A DNA stretch of 64,000 nt from Thermoanaerobaculia bacterium (GTDB taxonomy: Bacteria > Acidobacteriota > Thermoanaerobaculia > Gp7-AA8). The stretch lies in assembly GCA_035636095.1 (NCBI GenBank), contig DASPZU010000069.1:9199-73198 (forward strand), written 5' to 3'. The notes below the pieces were generated by a model. It saw nothing but the letters and a program-made list of their open reading frames with translations. It did no database searches and was not told where the DNA came from. This document shows, piece by piece, positions 62,367 through 64,000 of the stretch. Made by a program: the position numbers and the translations under genes. How positions within the stretch are numbered: the stretch's first letter is position 1; every line of letters begins with the position of its first letter.

Positions 62367-64000
62367 CTAACTTAGCTTGTCTTTCAGGCGTTGAAGTTCG
62401 TTCAAAGCCTGAATGGGCGTCATCGCGTCCGGCTGCAGCACTCGGAGAGCATCGACCACTTCGCGTTCGCGCGAGTCGAACAGCGAAAGCTGCCGCGACG
62501 GCATAGCAGTCTCTTCCACCAGATCGCGCTCTTTGCGCTCGAGGGTGTTGAGGATCTCGCGGGCGCGGTCGGTGACCGATCGCGGAATGCCGGCCAGCCG
62601 CGCCACCTGGATGCCGTAGCTCTTGTCGGCCGCCCCCGGCAGGACCTTGCGCAGAAAAATGATCTGATCGTTCCACTCCTTCACCGCCACGTTGAAGTTC
62701 GCAACGCGCGCTTTCGTCCTGGCCAGATCGGTGACCTCGTGATAGTGCGTCGCGAACAGCGTGATGCCGCTGCGATTGGGATGGTCGTGCAGGAACTCGA
62801 TGATGGCCCAGGCCAGCGAAAGGCCATCGAAGGTGGCCGTGCCGCGACCGACTTCATCGAGAATGATCAGCGATTGGTCGGTGGCGTTGTTGAGAATGTT
62901 GGCGGTTTCGTGCATCTCGACCATGAACGTCGACTCGCCGCGCGCGAGCTGATCCGAGGCGCCCACGCGCGTGAAGATCCGATCGAAGATGCCCAGGCGG
63001 GCCGAGCCGGCCGGGACGAAGCTGCCGGCCTGATTCAGCAGCACGATCAACGCGACCTGCCGAAGATAGGTCGACTTTCCTCCCATGTTCGGCCCGGTGA
63101 TGATCTGGATGCCGTTGCGGTCGCGGGCGATGTCGCTGTTGTTGGGAATGAAACGTTCTCTCGCGATCGACTCGATGACGGGATGGCGGCCGTCTTCGAT
63201 CACGATCTCCGACTCCTCGGTCAGCGTCGCACGGACGTATCGATTGCGGGTCGCGATCGACGCGAACGAGCAGAGCGCATCGATCTGCCCGACCGCGCTG
63301 GCGGTGGCCAGAATCCCGGCCGCCGATTGCGAAGCGAACTCCAGCAGCGCTTCGTAGAGCCGGATCTCGATGGCCTTCGACTTTTCTTCAGCGCCGGTGA
63401 TCTTCTCCTCCAGCTCTTTCAGATCGGGCGTGATGAATCGCTCGGCATTCACGAGCGTCTGTTTCCGGATGTAATCGCCCGGCACGCGAGCGAGGTTCGA
63501 TTTGGAGACTTCGATGTAGTAGCCGAAGACGTTGTTGAATCGCACCTTCAGCGAGTGAATGCCAGTGCGTCCACGCTCGCGGGCTTCAATGTCCATCAGG
63601 ATCGATTTCGAATCGCGGGCGATGGCGCGGAGCGAATCGAGCTCGGCATCGACGCCGCTCTTGATCACGCCGCCCTCGCGAGCGCTGAGCGGCGCGTTGT
63701 CGGCGATGGTGGTGGCAATGCGGCCGACAACAGCGGGGACTCCATCGAGGCCATCGCGGATCGACTTGAGCAGCGGACCGCGCAAGGGCGTGGTCACCTC
63801 ACGAAGATCGTCGACCGCCATGAGCGAATCGGCCAGCGTCAGGCATTCGCGGGGCGAGGCACTCCGAAGCGTGACGCGGGCCGCCAGCCGTTCCAGGTCC
63901 GCGATCGATGCCAGGCGCTGCGCCATCGGTTCGAGAATGGCGCGCGATCGCGTGAGCTCGTCGACGGCGTCGTGCCGATCGAAGATGGCCTCGCGCTTTT
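62367..64000 (-). CDS. mutS: DNA mismatch repair protein MutS, C-terminal two-thirds (gene continues beyond window end)
   Basis: Walker A GPNMGGKSTYLRQ. DE..RGT. Frame open to 64000 with no upstream Met. Confidence 0.93.
   Translation of the reverse strand, partial: KREAIFDRHDAVDELTRSRAILEPMAQRLASIADLERLAARVTLRSASPRECLTLADSLMAVDDLREVTTPLRGPLLKSIRDGLDGVPAVVGRIATTIADNAPLSAREGGVIKSGVDAELDSLRAIARDSKSILMDIEARERGRTGIHSLKVRFNNVFGYYIEVSKSNLARVPGDYIRKQTLVNAERFITPDLKELEEKITGAEEKSKAIEIRLYEALLEFASQSAAGILATASAVGQIDALCSFASIATRNRYVRATLTEESEIVIEDGRHPVIESIARERFIPNNSDIARDRNGIQIITGPNMGGKSTYLRQVALIVLLNQAGSFVPAGSARLGIFDRIFTRVGASDQLARGESTFMVEMHETANILNNATDQSLIILDEVGRGTATFDGLSLAWAIIEFLHDHPNRSGITLFATHYHEVTDLARTKARVANFNVAVKEWNDQIIFLRKVLPGAADKSYGIQVARLAGIPRSVTDRAREILNTLERKERDLVEETAMPSRQLSLFDSREREVVDALRVLQPDAMTPIQALNELQRLKDKLS

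Overview
This is a high-GC (about 65%) bacterial chromosomal window, densely coded, with roughly 60 protein genes on both strands. No rRNA, tRNA or CRISPR was found. The gene content points to a Gram-negative, probably Acidobacteria-like organism; that placement is inference. The basis is an LPS/Kdo cluster (kdsB-pyrG-kdsA), bamD, lptE, a Tol-Pal ybgF-like gene, and TonB-dependent receptor/OMP genes with carboxypeptidase-regulatory-like N-domains and a C-terminal Phe.

Housekeeping genes recognised from the translations:
- aroB (3' partial), aspS, folA-thyA, lysA, D-aminoacylase, an APC permease, spmAB-like genes and a sulfatase-TPR protein.
- era, corC-like, def, rpe, lon, pyk, a DAHP synthase, pyrG, kdsA and metK.
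- leuS, dtd, a hemolysin-III protein, ssb, a GNAT acetyltransferase, a beta-lactamase-like hydrolase, a HAMP-PP2C sensor, nagZ, and mutS (partial at the window end).

Four things stand out:
1. The 45.0-50.8 kb minus-strand block holds a secreted 1184-aa protein with about 190 cysteines, built from roughly 17 tandem 46-aa Dictyostelium-CTDC-type repeats. It is followed by a small secreted protein and then two tandem DsbA-like thioredoxin-fold genes. The second of these has an in-frame TGA exactly where its paralog has the first Cys of CPFC, and a perfect 7-bp hairpin with a GGUCC loop lies 11 nt downstream. This is a candidate UxxC selenoprotein with a bacterial SECIS, adjacent to its Cys paralog.
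2. Intergenic space is largely occupied by long palindromic elements whose arms are tandem heptamers. There are at least five sequence-unrelated families, each with the same layout (3-4 heptamers, a centre, then the inverted heptamers):
   - GGGATGA, which supplies the last codons L-K-G-stop of two different genes.
   - AAATTTC (AT-rich).
   - GAAGGCA, one copy of which encodes the n- and h-regions of a lipoprotein signal peptide.
   - TTGTCGG.
   - CTGAGTC.
   A GC-rich REP-like element (CCCCGCTTCGCGGGG hairpins) occurs once intergenically and once as an in-frame, roughly 32-codon insertion inside leuS.
3. A lower-GC 2.3-kb islet of secreted/metalloprotease-like genes is inserted at the kdsB divergent start region and is flanked by diverged direct duplications of about 140 bp.
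4. A 279-bp MITE-like orphan segment bounded by inverted GC hairpins lies between two convergent genes.

All calls come from reading the sequence and the supplied ORF translations. No database searches were run. Where the evidence does not fix a translation start, the start is given as uncertain.
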